The notes under the pieces: generated by a model
What the model was told of the DNA's origin: nothing
What the model saw: only the letters and a program-made list of their open reading frames with translations
Database searches by the model: none
Position numbers and translations under genes: made by a program
Part shown: positions 12,001 through 27,000 of the stretch, one piece after another
Layout: each line of letters starts with the position of its first letter
Numbering within the stretch: the stretch's first letter is position 1
Source: Eledone cirrhosa
Taxonomy: Eukaryota
DNA length: 64,000 nt
Assembly: GCA_964016885.1 (NCBI GenBank)
Contig: OZ024742.1
Location: 373,736,001 to 373,800,000, forward strand
Direction of reading: 5' to 3'

Positions 12001-15000
12001 CCTAAGACTGACATCAGTAGTAGGGAGAGTGGAGCTCGTTGATTCCACTGAAGAGCTCTGTCTACCTTATGTCCAGTTTGGATAACCTAAGACTGACATC
12101 AGTAGTAGGGAGAGTGGAGCTCGTTGATTCCACTGAAGAGCTCTCTCTGCCTTATGGCCAGATTGGATAACCTAAGAGTGACATCAGTAGTAGGGAGAGT
12201 GGAGCTCATTGATTCCACTGAAGAGCTCTGTCTACCTTATGTCCAGTTTGGATAACCTAAGACTGACATCAGTAGTAGGGAGAGTGGAGCTAGTTGATTC
12301 CACTGAAGAGCTCTGTCTACCTTATGGCCAGATTGGATAACCTAAGACTTACATCAGTAGTAAGGAGGGTGGAGCTCATTGATTCCATTGAAGAGCTCTG
12401 TCTACCTTATGGCCAGATTGGATAACCTAAGACTGACATTAGTAGTAGGGAGAGTGGAACTCATTGATTCCACTGAAGAGCTCTGTCTACCTTATGGTCA
12501 GATTGAATAACCTAAGACTGACATCAGTAGTAGGGAGAGTGGAGCTCATTGATTCCACTGAAGAGCTCTCTCTACCTTATGGCCAGATTGGATAACCTAA
12601 GACTGTCATCAGTAGTAGGGAGAGTGGAGCTCATTGATTCCACTGAAGAGCTCTGTCTACCTTATGGCCAGATTGGATAACCTAAGAGTGACATCAGTAG
12701 TAAGGAGAGTGGAGCTCATTGATTCCACTGAAGAGCTCTGTCTACCTTATGGCCAGATTGGATAACCTAAGACTGACATTAGTAGTAGGGAGAGTGGAGC
12801 TCATTGATTCCACTGAAGAGCTCTGTCTACCTTATGGCCAGTTTGGATAACCTAAGACTGACATCAGTAGTAGGGAGAGTGGAGCTCGTTGATTCCACCG
12901 AAGAGCTCTGTCTACCTTATGGCCAGATTGGATAACCTAAGACTGACATCAGTAGTAGGGAGAGTGGAGCTCATTGATTCCACTGAAGAGCTCTGTCTAC
13001 CTTATGGCCAGATTGGATAACCTAAGACTGACATTAGTAGTAGGGAGAGTGGAGCTCATTGATTCCACTGAAGAGCTCTGTCTACCTTATGGCCAGTTTG
13101 GATAACCTAAGAGTGACATCAGTAGTAAGGCGAGTGGAGCTCATTGATTCCACTGAAGAGCTCTGTCTACCTTATGGCCAGATTGGATAACCTAAGACTG
13201 ACATTAGTAGTAGGGAGAGTGGAGCTCATTGATTCCACTGAAGAGCTCTGTCTACCTTATGGCCAGATTGGATAACCTAAGAGTGACATCAGTAGTAAGG
13301 AGAGTGGAGCTCATTGATTCCACTGAAGAGCTCTGTCTACCTTATGGCCAGATTGGATAACCTAAGACTGACATTAGTAGTAGGGAGAGTGGAGCTCATT
13401 GATTCCACTGAAGAGCTCTGTCTACCTTATGGCCAGATTGGATAACCTAAGAGTGACATCAGTAGTAAGGAGAGTGGAGCTCATTGATTCCACTGAAGAG
13501 CTCTGTCTACCTTATGGCCAGATTGGATAACCTAAGACTGTCATCAGTAGTAGGGAGAGTGGAGCTCATTGATTCCACTGAAGAGCTCTGTCTACCTTAT
13601 GGCCAGTTTGGATAACCTAAGACTGACATTAGTAGTAGGGAGAGTGGAACTCATTGATTCCACTGAAGAGCTCTCTCTACCTTATGGCCAGATTGGATAA
13701 CCTAAGACTGACATCAGTAGTAGGGAGAGTGGAGCTCATTAATTCCACTGAAGAGCTCTGTCTACCTTATGGCCAGATTGGATAACCTAAGACTGACATC
13801 AGTAGTAGGGAGAGTGGAGTTCATTAATTCCACTGAAGAGCTCTCTCTGCCTTATGGCCAGATTGGATAACCTAAGACTGACATTAGTAGTAGGGAGAGT
13901 GGAACTCTTTAATTCCACTGAAGAGCTCTGTCTACCTTATGGCCAGTTTGGATAACCTAAGACTAACATTAGTAGTAGGGAGAGTGGAACTCATTGATTC
14001 CACTGAAGAGCTCTGTCTACCTTATGGCCAGATTGGATAACCTAAGACTGACATCAGTAGTAGGGAGAGTGGAACTCATTGATTCCACTGAAGAGCTCTG
14101 TCTACCTTATGGCCAGATTGGATAACCTAAGACTGACATCAGTAGAAGGGAGAGTGGAGCTCATTGATTCCACTGAAGAGCTCTGTCTACCTTATGTCCA
14201 GTTTGGATAACCTAAGACTTACATCAGTAGTAAGGAGAGTGGAGCTCATTGATTCCACTGAAGAGCTCTGTCTACCTTATGGCCAGATTGGATAACCTAA
14301 GATTGACATCAGTAGTAGGGAGAGTGGAGCTCATTGATTCCACTGAAGAGCTCTCTCTACCTTATGGCCAGTTTGGATAACCTAAGACTAACATTAGTAG
14401 TAGGGAGAGTGGAACTCATTGATTCCACTGAAGAGCTCTGTCTACCTTATGGCCAGATTCGATAACCTAAGACTGACATCAGTAGAAGGAAGAGTGGAGC
14501 TCATTGATTCCACTGAAGAGCTCTGTGTACCTTATGGCCAGATTGGATAACCTAAGACTGACATCAGTAGTAAGGAGAGTGGAGCTCATTGATTCCACTG
14601 AAGAGCTCTCTCTACCTTATGGCCAGATTGGATAACCTAAGACTGACATCAGTAGTAGGGAGAGTGGAGTTCATTGATTCCACTGAAGAGCTCTGTCTAC
14701 CTTATGGCCAGTTTGGATAACCTAAGACTGACATTAGTAGTAGGGAGAGTGGAACTCTTTAATTCCACTGAAGAGCTCTGTCTACCTTATGGCCAGTTTG
14801 GATAACCTAAGACTGACAGCAGTAGTAGGGAGAGTGGAGCTCATTGATTCCACTGAAGAGCTCTCTCTACCTTATGGCCAGTTTGGATAACTTAAGACTG
14901 ACATCAGTAGTAGGGAGAGTGGAGCTCATTGATTCCACTGAAGAGCTCTCTCTACCTTATGGCCAGATTGGATAACCTAAGACTGACATCAGTAGTAGGG

Positions 15001-18000
15001 AGAGTGGAGCTCATTGATTCCACTGAAGAGCTCTGTCTACCTTATGGCCAGATTGGATAACCTAAGACTGACATTAGTAGTAGGGAGAGTGGAGCTCATT
15101 GATTCCACTGAAGAGCTCTGTCTACCTTATGGCCAGATTGGATAACCTAAGACTGACATTAGTAGTAGGGAGAGTGGAGTTCATTGATTCCACTGAAGAG
15201 CTCTGTCTACCTTATGGCCAGATTGGATAACCTAAGACTGACATCAGTCAGTAGTAGGGAGAGTGGAGCTCATTGATTCCACTGAAGAGCTCTGTCTACC
15301 TTATGGCCAGATTGGATAACCTAAGACTGACATCAGTAGTAGGGAGAGTGGAGCTCATTGATTCCACTGAAGAGCTCTGTCTACCTTATGGCCAGATTGG
15401 ATAACCTAAGACTGACATCAGTAGTAGGGAGAGTGGAGCTCATTGATTCCACTGAAGAGCTCTGTCTACCTTATGGCCAGATTGGATAACCTAAGACTTA
15501 CATCAGTAGAAGGGAGAGTGGAGCTCATTGATTCCACTGAAGAGCTCTGTCTACCTTATGGCCAGATTGGATAACCTAACACTGACATTAGTAGTAGGGA
15601 GAGTGGAGCTCATTGATTCCACTGAAGAGCTCTGTCTACCTTATGCTCAGATTGGATAACCTAAGACTGACATCAGTAGTAGTGAGAGTGGAGCTCATTG
15701 ATTCCACTGAAGAGCTCTGTCTACCTTATGGCCAGATTGGATAACCTAAGACTGACATCAGTAGTAGTGAGAGTGGAGCTCATTGATTCCACTGAAGAGC
15801 TCTGTCTACCTTATGGCCAGATTGGATAACCTAAGACTGACATCAGTAGTAGGGAGAGTGGAGCTCATTGATTCCACTGAAGAGCTCTCTCTACCTTATG
15901 GCCAGATTGGATAACCTAAGACTTACATCAGTAGTAGGGAGAGTGGAACTCATTGATTCCACTGAAGAGCTCTGTCTACCTTATGGCCAGATTGGATAAC
16001 CTAAGACTGACATCAGTAGTAGGGAGAGTGGAGCTCATTGATTCAACTGAAGAGCTCTCTCTACCTTATGGCCAGATTGGATAACCTAAGACTTACATCA
16101 GTAGTAGGGAGAGTGGAACTCATTGATTCCACTGAAGAGCTCTGTCTACCTTATGGCCAGATTGGATAACCTAAGACTGACACCAGTAGTAAGGAGTGTG
16201 GAGCTCATTGATTCCACTGAAGAGCTCTGTCTACCTTATGGCCAGATTGGATAACCTAAGACTGACATCAGTAGTAGGCAGAGTGGAGCTCATTGATTCC
16301 ACTGAAGAGCTCTCTCTACCTTATGGCCAGATTGGATAACCTAAGACTGACATTAGTAGTAGGGAGAGTGGAGTTCATTGGTTCCACTGAAGAGCTCTCT
16401 CTGCCTTATGGCCAGATTGGATAACCTAAGACTGACATCATTAGTAGGGAGAGTGGAACTCATTGATTCCACTGAAGAGCTCTGTCTACCTTATGACCAG
16501 ATTGGATAACCTAAGACTGACATTAGTAGTAGGGAGAGTGGAGCTTATTGATTCCACTGAAGAGCTCTGTCTACCTTATGGCCAGATTGGATAACCTAAG
16601 ACTGACATTAGTAGTAGGGAGAGTGGAGCTTATTGATTCCACTGAAGAGCTCTGTCTACCTTATGACCAGATTGGATAACCTAAGACTGACATTAGTAGT
16701 AGGGAGAGTGGAGCTTATTGATTCCACTGAAGAGCTCTGTCTACCTTATGACCAGATTGGATAACCTAAGAGTGACATCAGTAGTAGGGAGAGTGGAGCT
16801 CATTGATTCCACTGAAGAGCTCTGTCTACCTTATGCTCAGATTGGATAACCTAAGAGTGACATCAGTAGTAAGGAGAGTGGAGCTCATTGATTCCACTGA
16901 AGAGCTCTGTCTACCTTATTGCCAGATTGGATAACCTAAGAGTGACATCGGTAGTAAGGAGAGTGGAGCTCATTGATTCCACTGAAGAGCTCTGTCTACC
17001 TTATTGCCAGATTGGATAACCTAAGAGTGACATCAGTAGTAGGGAGAGTGGAGCTCATTGATTCCACTGAAGAGCTCTGTCTACCTTATGGCCAGATTGG
17101 ATAACCTAAGACTGACATCAGTAGTAGGGAGAGTGGAGCTCATTGATTCCACTGAAGAGCTCTCTCTACCTTATGGCCAGATTGGATAACCTAAGACTTA
17201 CATCATTAGTAGGGAGAGTGGAGCTCATTGATTCCACTGAAGAGCTCTGTCTACCTTATGTCCAGTTTGGATAACCTAAGACTGAAATCAGTAGTAGGGA
17301 GAGTGGAGCTCATTGATTCCACTGAAGAGCTCTGTCTACCTTATGGTCAGATTGGATAACCTAAGACTGACATCAGTAGTAGGGAGAGTGGAGCTCATTG
17401 ATTCCACTGAAGAGCTCTGTCTACCTTATGGCCAGATTGGATAACCTAAGACTGACATCAGTAGTAGGGAGAGTGGAGCTCATTGATTCCACTGAAGAGC
17501 TCTGTCTACCTTATGGCCAGATTGGATAACCTAAGACTGACATCAGTAGTAGGGAGAGTGGAGCTCATTGATTCCACTGAAGAGCTCTGTCTACCTTATG
17601 GCCAGATTGGATAACCTAAGACTGACATCAGTAGTAGGGAGAGTGGAGCTCATTGATTCCACTGAAGAGCTCTCTCTACCTTATGGCCAGATTGGATAAC
17701 CTAAGACTGACATCAGTAGTAGTGAGAGTGGAGCTCATTGATTCCACTGAAGAGCTCTGTCTACCTTATAGCCAGATTGGATAACCTAAGACTGACATTA
17801 GTAGTAGGGAGAGTGGAGCTCATTGATTCCACTGAAGAGCTCTGTCTACCTTATAGCCAGATTGGATAACCTAAGACTGACATCAGTAGTAGGGAGAGTG
17901 GAGCTCATTGGTTCCACTGAAGAGCTCTGTCTACCTTATGGCCAGATTGGATAACCTAAGACTTACATCAGTAGTAGGGAGAGTGGAGCTCATTGATTCC

Positions 18001-21000
18001 ACTGAAGAGCTCTCTCTACCTTATGGCGAGTTTGGATAACCTAAGATTGACATTAGTAGTAGGGAGAGTGGAGCTCATTGATTCCACTGAAGAGCTCTGT
18101 CTACCTTATGGCCAGATTGGATAACCTAAGACTGACATCAGTAGTAGTGAGAGTGGAGCTCATTGATTCCACTGAAGAGCTCTGTCTACCTTATAGCCAG
18201 ATTGGATAACCTAAGACTGACATCAGTAGTAGGGAGAGTGGAGCTCATTGATTCCACTGAAGAGCTCTGTCTACCTTATGGCCAGATTGGATAACCTAAG
18301 ACTGACATCAGTAGTAGGGAGAGTGGAGCTCATTGATTCCACTGAAGAGCTCTGTCTACCTTATGGCCAGATTGGATAACCTAAGAGTGACATCAGTAGT
18401 AGGGAGAGTGGAGCTCATTGATTCCACTGAAGAGCTCTGTCTACCTTATGGCCAGTTTGGATAACCTAAGACTGACATTAGTAGTAGGGAGAGTGGAACT
18501 CATTGATTCCACTGAAGAGCTCTGTCTACCTTATGGCCAGATTGGATAACCTAAGATTGACATCAGTAGTAGGGAGAGTGGAGCTTATTGATTCCACTGA
18601 AGAGCTCTGTCTACCTTATGGCCAGATTGGATAACCTAAGACTGACATCAGTAGTAGGGAGAGTGGAGCTCGTTGATTCCACTGAAGAGCTATGTGTACC
18701 TTATGGCCAGATTGGATAACCTAAGACTGACATTAGTAGTAGGGAGAGTGGAGCTCATTGATTCCACTGAAGAGCTCTGTCTACCTTATGGCCAGATTGG
18801 ATAACCTAAGACTTACATCAGTAGTAGGGAGAGTGGAGCTCATTGATTCCACTGAAGAGCTCTGTCTACCTTATGTCCAGTTTGGATAACCTAAGACTGA
18901 CATTAGTAGTAGGGAGAGTGGAGCTCATTGATTCCACTGAAGAGCTCTGTCTACCTTATGCTCAGATTGGATAACCTAAGAGTGACATCAGTAGTAAGGA
19001 GAGTGGAGCTCATTGATTCCACTGAAGAGCTCTGTCTACCTTATGTCCAGTTTGGATAACCTAAGACTGACATTAGTAGTAGGGAGAGTGGAGCTCGTTG
19101 ATTCGACTGAAGAGCTATGTGTACCTTATGGCCAGATTGGATAACCTAAGACTTACATCAGTAGTAGGGAGAGTGGAACTCATTGATTCCACTGAAGAGC
19201 TCTGTCTACCTTATGTCCAGTTTGGATAACCTAAGACTGACATTAATAGTAGGGAGAGTGGAGCTCATTGATTCCACTGAAGAGCTCTGTCTACCTTATG
19301 GCCAGATTGGATAACCTAAGACTGACATTAGTAGTAGGGAGAGTGGAACTCATTGATTCCACTGAAGAGCTCTGTCTACCTTATGCTCAGATTGGATAAC
19401 CTAAGAGTGACATCAGTAGTAAGGAGAGTGGAGCTCATTGATTCCACTGAAGAGCTCTGTCTACCTTATTGCCAGATTGGATAACCTAAGAGTGACATCG
19501 GTAGTAAGGAGAGTGGAGCTCATTGATTCCACTGAAGAGCTCTGTCTACCTTATTGCCAGATTGGATAACCTAAGAGTGACATCAGTAGTAGGGAGAGTG
19601 GAGCTCATTGATTCCACTGAAGAGCTCTGTCTACCTTATGGCCAGATTGGATAACCTAAGACTGACATCAGTAGTAGGGAGAGTGGAGCTCATTGATTCC
19701 ACTGAAGAGCTCTCTCTACCTTATGGCCAGATTGGATAACCTAAGACTTACATCATTAGTAGGGAGAGTGGAGCTCATTGATTCCACTGAAGAGCTCTGT
19801 CTACCTTATGTCCAGTTTGGATAACCTAAGACTGAAATCAGTAGTAGGGAGAGTGGAGCTCATTGATTCCACTGAAGAGCTCTGTCTACCTTATGGTCAG
19901 ATTGGATAACCTAAGACTGACATCAGTAGTAGTGAGAGTGGAGCTCATTGATTCCACTGAAGAGCTCTGTCTACCTTATGGCCAGATTGGATAACCTAAG
20001 ACTGACATCAGTAGTAGGGAGAGTGGAGCTCATTGATTCCACTGAAGAGCTCTGTCTACCTTATGGCCAGATTGGATAACCTAAGACTGACATCAGTAGT
20101 AGGGAGAGTGGAGCTCATTGATTCCACTGAAGAGCTCTCTCTACCTTATGGCCAGATTGGATAACCTAAGACTGACATCAGTAGTAGTGAGAGTAGAGCT
20201 CATTGATTCCACTGAAGAGCTCTGTCTACCTTATAGCCAGATTGGATGACCTAAGACTGACATTAGTAGTAGGGAGAGTGGAGCTCATTGATTCCACTGA
20301 AGAGCTCTGTCTACCTTATAGCCAGATTGGATAACCTAAGACTGACATCAGTAGTAGGGAGAGTGGAGCTCATTGGTTCCACTGAAGAGCTCTGTCTACC
20401 TTATGGCCAGATTGGATAACCTAAGACTTACATCAGTAGTAGGGAGAGTGGAGCTCATTGATTCCACTGAAGAGCTCTCTCTACCTTATGGCGAGTTTGG
20501 ATAACCTAAGATTGACATTAGTAGTAGGGAGAGTGGAGCTCATTGATTCCACTGAAGAGCTCTGTCTACCTTATGGCCAGATTGGATAACCTAAGACTGA
20601 CATCAGTAGTAGTGAGAGTGGAGCTCATTGATTCCACTGAAGAGCTCTGTCTACCTTATAGCCAGATTGGATAACCTAAGACTGACATCAGTAGTAGGGA
20701 GAGTGGAGCTCATTGATTCCACTGAAGAGCTCTGTCTACCTTATGGCCAGATTGGATAACCTAAGACTGACATCAGTAGTAGGGAGAGTGGAGCTCATTG
20801 ATTCCACTGAAGAGCTCTGTCTACCTTATGGCCAGATTGGATAACCTAAGAGTGACATCAGTAGTAGGGAGAGTGGAGCTCATTGATTCCACTGAAGAGC
20901 TCTGTCTACCTTATGGCCAGTTTGGATAACCTAAGACTGACATTAGTAGTAGGGAGAGTGGAACTCATTGATTCCACTGAAGAGCTCTGTCTACCTTATG

Positions 21001-24000
21001 GCCAGATTGGATAACCTAAGATTGACATCAGTAGTAGGGAGAGTGGAGCTTATTGATTCCACTGAAGAGCTCTGTCTACCTTATGGCCAGATTGGATAAC
21101 CTAAGACTGACATCAGTAGTAGGGAGAGTGGAGCTCGTTGATTCCACTGAAGAGCTATGTGTACCTTATGGCCAGATTGGATAACCTAAGACTGACATTA
21201 GTAGTAGGGAGAGTGGAGCTCATTGATTCCACTGAAGAGCTCTGTCTACCTTATGGCCAGATTGGATAACCTAAGACTTACATCAGTAGTAGGGAGAGTG
21301 GAGCTCATTGATTCCACTGAAGAGCTCTGTCTACCTTATGTCCAGTTTGGATAACCTAAGACTGACATTAGTAGTAGGGAGAGTGGAGCTCATTGATTCC
21401 ACTGAAGAGCTCTGTCTACCTTATGCTCAGATTGGATAACCTAAGAGTGACATCAGTAGTAAGGAGAGTGGAGCTCATTGATTCCACTGAAGAGCTCTGT
21501 CTACCTTATGTCCAGTTTGGATAACCTAAGACTGACATTAGTAGTAGGGAGAGTGGAGCTCGTTGATTCCACTGAAGAGCTATGTGTACCTTATGGCCAG
21601 ATTGGATAACCTAAGACTTACATCAGTAGTAGGGAGAGTGGAACTCATTGATTCCACTGAAGAGCTCTGTCTACCTTATGTCCAGTTTGGATAACCTAAG
21701 ACTGACATTAGTAGTAGGGAGAGTGGAGCTCATTGATTCCACTGAAGAGCTCTGTCTACCTTATGGCCAGATTGGATAACCTAAGACTGACATTAGTAGT
21801 AGGGAGAGTGGAACTCATTGATTCCACTGAAGAGCTCTGTCTACCTTATGGCCAGATTGGATAACCTAAGACTGACATTAGTAGTAGGGAGAGTGGAACT
21901 CATTGATTCCACTGAAGAGCTCTGTCTACCTTATGTCCAGTTTGGATAACCTAAGACTGACATTAGTAGTAGGGAGAGTGGAGCTCATTGATTCCACTGA
22001 AGAGCTCTGTCTACCTTATGGCCAGATTGGATAACCTAAGACTGACATCAGGAGTAGGGAGAGTGGAGCTCATTGATTCCACTAAAGAGCTCTGTCTACC
22101 TTGTGGCCAGTTTGGATAACCTACGACTGACATCAGTAGTAGGGAGAGTGGAGCTCATTGATTCCACTAAAGAGCTCTGTCTACCTTGTGGCCAGTTTGG
22201 ATAACCTACGACTGACATCAGTAGTAGGGAGAGTGGAGCTCATTGATTCCACTAAAGAGCTCTGTCTACCTTGTGGCCAGTTTGGATAACCTACGACTGA
22301 CATCAGTAGTAGGGAGAGTGGAGCTCATTGATTCCACTGAAGAGCTCTCTCTACCTTATGGCCAGTTTGGATAACCTAAGACTGACATCAGTAGTAGGGA
22401 GAGTGGAGCTCATTAATTCCACTGAAGAGCTCTGTCTACCTTATGGCCAGTTTGGATAACCTAAGACTGACATCAGTAGTAGGGAGAGTGGAGCTCATTA
22501 ATTCCACTGAAGAGCTCTCTCTACCTTATGGCCAGTTTGGATAACCTAAGACTGACCTCAGTAGTAGGGAGAGTGGAGCTCATTAATTCCACTGAAGAGC
22601 TCTCTCTACCTTATGGCCAGTTTGGATAACCTAAGACTGACATCAGTAGTAGGGAGAGTGGAGCTCATTAATTCCACTGAAGAGCTCTCTCTACCTATCG
22701 CCAGTTTGGATAACCTAAGACTGACATCAGTAGTAGGTAGAGTGGAGCTCATTAATTCCACTGAAGAGCTCTCTCTACCTTATGGCCAGTTTGGATAACC
22801 TAAGACTGACATCAGTAGTAGGGAGAGTGGAGCTCATTGATTCCACTGAAGAGCTCTGTCTACCTTATGGCCAGATTGGATAACCTAAGACTGACATTAG
22901 TAGTAGGGAGAGTGGAACTCATTGATTCCACTGAAGAGCTCTGTCTACCTTATGGCCAGATTGGATAACCTAAGACTGACATTAGTAGTAGGGAGAGTGG
23001 AACTCATTGATTCCACTGAAGAGCTCTGTCTACCTTATGTCCAGTTTGGATAACCTAAGACTGACATTAGTAGTAGGGAGAGTGGAGCTCATTGATTCCA
23101 CTGAAGAGCTCTGTCTACCTTATGGCCAGATTGGATAACCTAAGACTGACATCAGGAGTAGGGAGAGTGGAGCTCATTGATTCCACTAAAGAGCTCTGTC
23201 TACCTTGTGGCCAGTTTGGATAACCTACGACTGACATCAGTAGTAGGGAGAGTGGAGCTCATTGATTCCACTAAAGAGCTCTGTCTACCTTGTGGCCAGT
23301 TTGGATAACCTACGACTGACATCAGTAGTAGGGAGAGTGGAGCTCATTGATTCCACTAAAGAGCTCTGTCTACCTTGTGGCCAGTTTGGATAACCTACGA
23401 CTGACATCAGTAGTAGGGAGAGTGGAGCTCATTGATTCCACTGAAGAGCTCTCTCTACCTTATGGCCAGTTTGGATAACCTAAGACTGACATCAGTAGTA
23501 GGGAGAGTGGAGCTCATTAATTCCACTGAAGAGCTCTGTCTACCTTATGGCCAGTTTGGATAACCTAAGACTGACATCAGTAGTAGGGAGAGTGGAGCTC
23601 ATTAATTCCACTGAAGAGCTCTCTCTACCTTATGGCCAGTTTGGATAACCTAAGACTGACCTCAGTAGTAGGGAGAGTGGAGCTCATTAATTCCACTGAA
23701 GAGCTCTCTCTACCTTATGGCCAGTTTGGATAACCTAAGACTGACATCAGTAGTAGGGAGAGTGGAGCTCATTAATTCCACTGAAGAGCTCTCTCTACCT
23801 ATCGCCAGTTTGGATAACCTAAGACTGACATCAGTAGTAGGTAGAGTGGAGCTCATTAATTCCACTGAAGAGCTCTCTCTACCTTATGGCCAGTTTGGAT
23901 AACCTAAGACTGACATCAGTAGTAGGGAGAGTGGAGCTCATTGATTCCACTGAAGAGCTCTCTCTACCTTATGGCCAGTTTGGATAACCTACGACTGACA

Positions 24001-27000
24001 TCAGTAGTAGGGAGAGTGGAGCTCATTGATTCCACTGAAGAGCTCTCTCTACCTTATGGCCAGATTGGATAACCTAAGACTGACATCAGTAGTAGGGAGA
24101 GTGGAGCTCATTGATTCCACTGAAGAGCTCTGTGTACCTTATGGCCAGATTGGATAACCTAAGACTGACATCAGTAGTAAGGAGAGTGGAGCTCATTGAT
24201 TCCACTGAAGAGCTCTCTCTACCTTATGGCCAGATTGGATAACCTAAGACTGACATCAGTAGTAGGGAGAGTGGAGTTCATTGATTCCACTGAAGAGCTC
24301 TGTCTACCTTATGGCCAGTTTGGATAACCTAAGACTGACATTAGTAGTAGGGAGAGTGGAACTCTTTAATTCCACTGAAGAGCTCTGTCTACCTTATGGC
24401 CAGTTTGGATAACCTAAGACTGACAGCAGTAGTAGGGAGAGTGGAGCTCATTGATTCCACTGAAGAGCTCTCTCTACCTTATGGCCAGTTTGGATAACTT
24501 AAGACTGACATCAGTAGTAGGGAGAGTGGAGCTCATTGATTCCACTGAAGAGCTCTCTCTACCTTATGGCCAGATTGGATAACCTAAGACTGACATCAGT
24601 AGTAGGGAGAGTGGAGCTCATTGATTCCACTGAAGAGCTCTGTCTACCTTATGGCCAGATTGGATAACCTAAGACTGACATTAGTAGTAGGGAGAGTGGA
24701 GCTCATTGATTCCACTGAAGAGCTCTGTCTACCTTATGGCCAGATTGGATAACCTAAGACTGACATTAGTAGTAGGGAGAGTGGAGTTCATTGATTCCAC
24801 TGAAGAGCTCTGTCTACCTTATGGCCAGATTGGATAACCTAAGACTGACATCAGTCAGTAGTAGGGAGAGTGGAGCTCATTGATTCCACTGAAGAGCTCT
24901 GTCTACCTTATGGCCAGATTGGATAACCTAAGACTGACATCAGTAGTAGGGAGAGTGGAGCTCATTGATTCCACTGAAGAGCTCTGTCTACCTTATGGCC
25001 AGATTGGATAACCTAAGACTGACATCAGTAGTAGGGAGAGTGGAGCTCATTGATTCCACTGAAGAGCTCTGTCTACCTTATGGCCAGATTGGATAACCTA
25101 AGACTTACATCAGTAGAAGGGAGAGTGGAGCTCATTGATTCCACTGAAGAGCTCTGTCTACCTTATGGCCAGATTGGATAACCTAACACTGACATTAGTA
25201 GTAGGGAGAGTGGAGCTCATTGATTCCACTGAAGAGCTCTGTCTACCTTATGCTCAGATTGGATAACCTAAGACTGACATCAGTAGTAGTGAGAGTGGAG
25301 CTCATTGATTCCACTGAAGAGCTCTGTCTACCTTATGGCCAGATTGGATAACCTAAGACTGACATCAGTAGTAGTGAGAGTGGAGCTCATTGATTCCACT
25401 GAAGAGCTCTGTCTACCTTATGGCCAGATTGGATAACCTAAGACTGACATCAGTAGTAGGGAGAGTGGAGCTCATTGATTCCACTGAAGAGCTCTCTCTA
25501 CCTTATGGCCAGATTGGATAACCTAAGACTTACATCAGTAGTAGGGAGAGTGGAACTCATTGATTCCACTGAAGAGCTCTGTCTACCTTATGGCCAGATT
25601 GGATAACCTAAGACTGACATCAGTAGTAGGGAGAGTGGAGCTCATTGATTCAACTGAAGAGCTCTCTCTACCTTATGGCCAGATTGGATAACCTAAGACT
25701 TACATCAGTAGTAGGGAGAGTGGAACTCATTGATTCCACTGAAGAGCTCTGTCTACCTTATGGCCAGATTGGATAACCTAAGACTGACACCAGTAGTAAG
25801 GAGTGTGGAGCTCATTGATTCCACTGAAGAGCTCTGTCTACCTTATGGCCAGATTGGATAACCTAAGACTGACATCAGTAGTAGGCAGAGTGGAGCTCAT
25901 TGATTCCACTGAAGAGCTCTCTCTACCTTATGGCCAGATTGGATAACCTAAGACTGACATTAGTAGTAGGGAGAGTGGAGTTCATTGGTTCCACTGAAGA
26001 GCTCTCTCTGCCTTATGGCCAGATTGGATAACCTAAGACTGACATCATTAGTAGGGAGAGTGGAACTCATTGATTCCACTGAAGAGCTCTGTCTACCTTA
26101 TGACCAGATTGGATAACCTAAGACTGACATTAGTAGTAGGGAGAGTGGAGCTTATTGATTCCACTGAAGAGCTCTGTCTACCTTATGGCCAGATTGGATA
26201 ACCTAAGACTGACATTAGTAGTAGGGAGAGTGGAGCTTATTGATTCCACTGAAGAGCTCTGTCTACCTTATGACCAGATTGGATAACCTAAGACTGACAT
26301 TAGTAGTAGGGAGAGTGGAGCTTATTGATTCCACTGAAGAGCTCTGTCTACCTTATGACCAGATTGGATAACCTAAGAGTGACATCAGTAGTAGGGAGAG
26401 TGGAGCTCATTGATTCCACTGAAGAGCTCTGTCTACCTTATGCTCAGATTGGATAACCTAAGAGTGACATCAGTAGTAAGGAGAGTGGAGCTCATTGATT
26501 CCACTGAAGAGCTCTGTCTACCTTATTGCCAGATTGGATAACCTAAGAGTGACATCGGTAGTAAGGAGAGTGGAGCTCATTGATTCCACTGAAGAGCTCT
26601 GTCTACCTTATTGCCAGATTGGATAACCTAAGAGTGACATCAGTAGTAGGGAGAGTGGAGCTCATTGATTCCACTGAAGAGCTCTGTCTACCTTATGGCC
26701 AGATTGGATAACCTAAGACTGACATCAGTAGTAGGGAGAGTGGAGCTCATTGATTCCACTGAAGAGCTCTCTCTACCTTATGGCCAGATTGGATAACCTA
26801 AGACTTACATCATTAGTAGGGAGAGTGGAGCTCATTGATTCCACTGAAGAGCTCTGTCTACCTTATGTCCAGTTTGGATAACCTAAGACTGAAATCAGTA
26901 GTAGGGAGAGTGGAGCTCATTGATTCCACTGAAGAGCTCTGTCTACCTTATGGTCAGATTGGATAACCTAAGACTGACATCAGTAGTAGGGAGAGTGGAG

